Source: Lama guanicoe
Taxonomy: Eukaryota
Direction of reading: 5' to 3'
DNA length: 64,000 nt
Assembly (NCBI GenBank): GCA_013239625.1
Contig: MU053304.1
Coordinates: forward strand, 2,170,001-2,234,000
Part shown: positions 63,730 through 64,000 of the stretch, one piece after another
Layout: each line of letters begins with the position of its first letter
Numbering within the stretch: position 1 is the stretch's first letter
Notes under the pieces: model-generated
Told to the model about the DNA's origin: nothing
Seen by the model: only the letters and a program-made list of their open reading frames with translations
Databases searched by the model: none
Made by a program: the position numbers and the translations under genes

Positions 63730-64000
63730 TATATTGGTTTCCTCAGAGTTGCTTGGCCCAAGCAATCTTAGTGCTTAAAACAACAGAAATTTCTTCTGTC
63801 ACAGATCTGGAGGCTGGAAGTCCCACATCAGTACCACTGGGCAGAAATCACGATGTCAGCAGTTCCACACTCGCTCTGGAGGCTCTAGGGGAGAATTGCT
63901 CCCTTCCTCTTCCAGGTCACGGTGGCGGCAGGTGTTCCAGTCTCTGCCTCTACAACCACACTGTCTTCTCTTCTGCTTACATCAAGTCTCGCTCTGCCTT
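63730..64000 (-). mobile_element. MaLR LTR (MLT1D-like), cut by the window end
   Basis: gcttaaaacaacagaaatttcttctgtcacagatctggaggctggaagtcc...ctctggaggctctaggggagaat. Confidence 0.82.

Larger units (their letters stand above)
54230..64000 (+). other. PID1: PID1 intron downstream of the exon (3' end outside the window)
   Basis: Begins GTAGGA. The PTB-domain exon (recalled as VTYLGKVSTTG...) is not in the ORF track or seen in the remaining sequence. Confidence 0.85.

Noticed and set aside
1..64000. Scattered TGASTCA (AP-1) and TTCNNNGAA (STAT) motifs
   Set aside because: About 8 TGASTCA sites are expected by chance in 64 kb at equal base frequencies; the occurrences I saw are not clearly enriched.
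1..64000. CRISPR array, operon, prophage or other novel multi-gene system
   Set aside because: No regularly spaced repeat-spacer array and no long or dense ORFs; the sequence is explained as a mammalian gene's introns plus known repeat classes.

Overview
This is mammalian genomic DNA, most likely camelid, judging from three copies of a tRNA-derived Vic-1-like SINE and camelid-type L1 3' ends; I recognised no Alu, Bov-tA or PRE1 copies. The window appears to lie wholly inside the PID1 gene (NYGGF4/PCLI1, a PTB-domain adaptor) on the + strand. Only one coding exon is visible: 54083-54229 (147 nt, phase 0-0, HFQTMLKSK...THSGCK), with about 54 kb of upstream and about 10 kb of downstream intron. 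The introns are filled with L1, L2, CR1/L3, MIR, MaLR/ERVL LTRs, one MER41-like ERV1 solo LTR, hAT and Tigger DNA transposon relics, and microsatellites. Most listed ORFs are chance ORFs or repeat remnants. I see no evidence of a new gene system. The most notable signals cluster at the exon: a near-consensus CTCF motif 12 nt after the splice donor, a duplicated in-frame acceptor with a Kozak ATG behind it, and inverted L1 3' ends flanking the exon. Repeat subfamily names are from recalled consensus sequences, and their boundaries are approximate unless a TSD is quoted.
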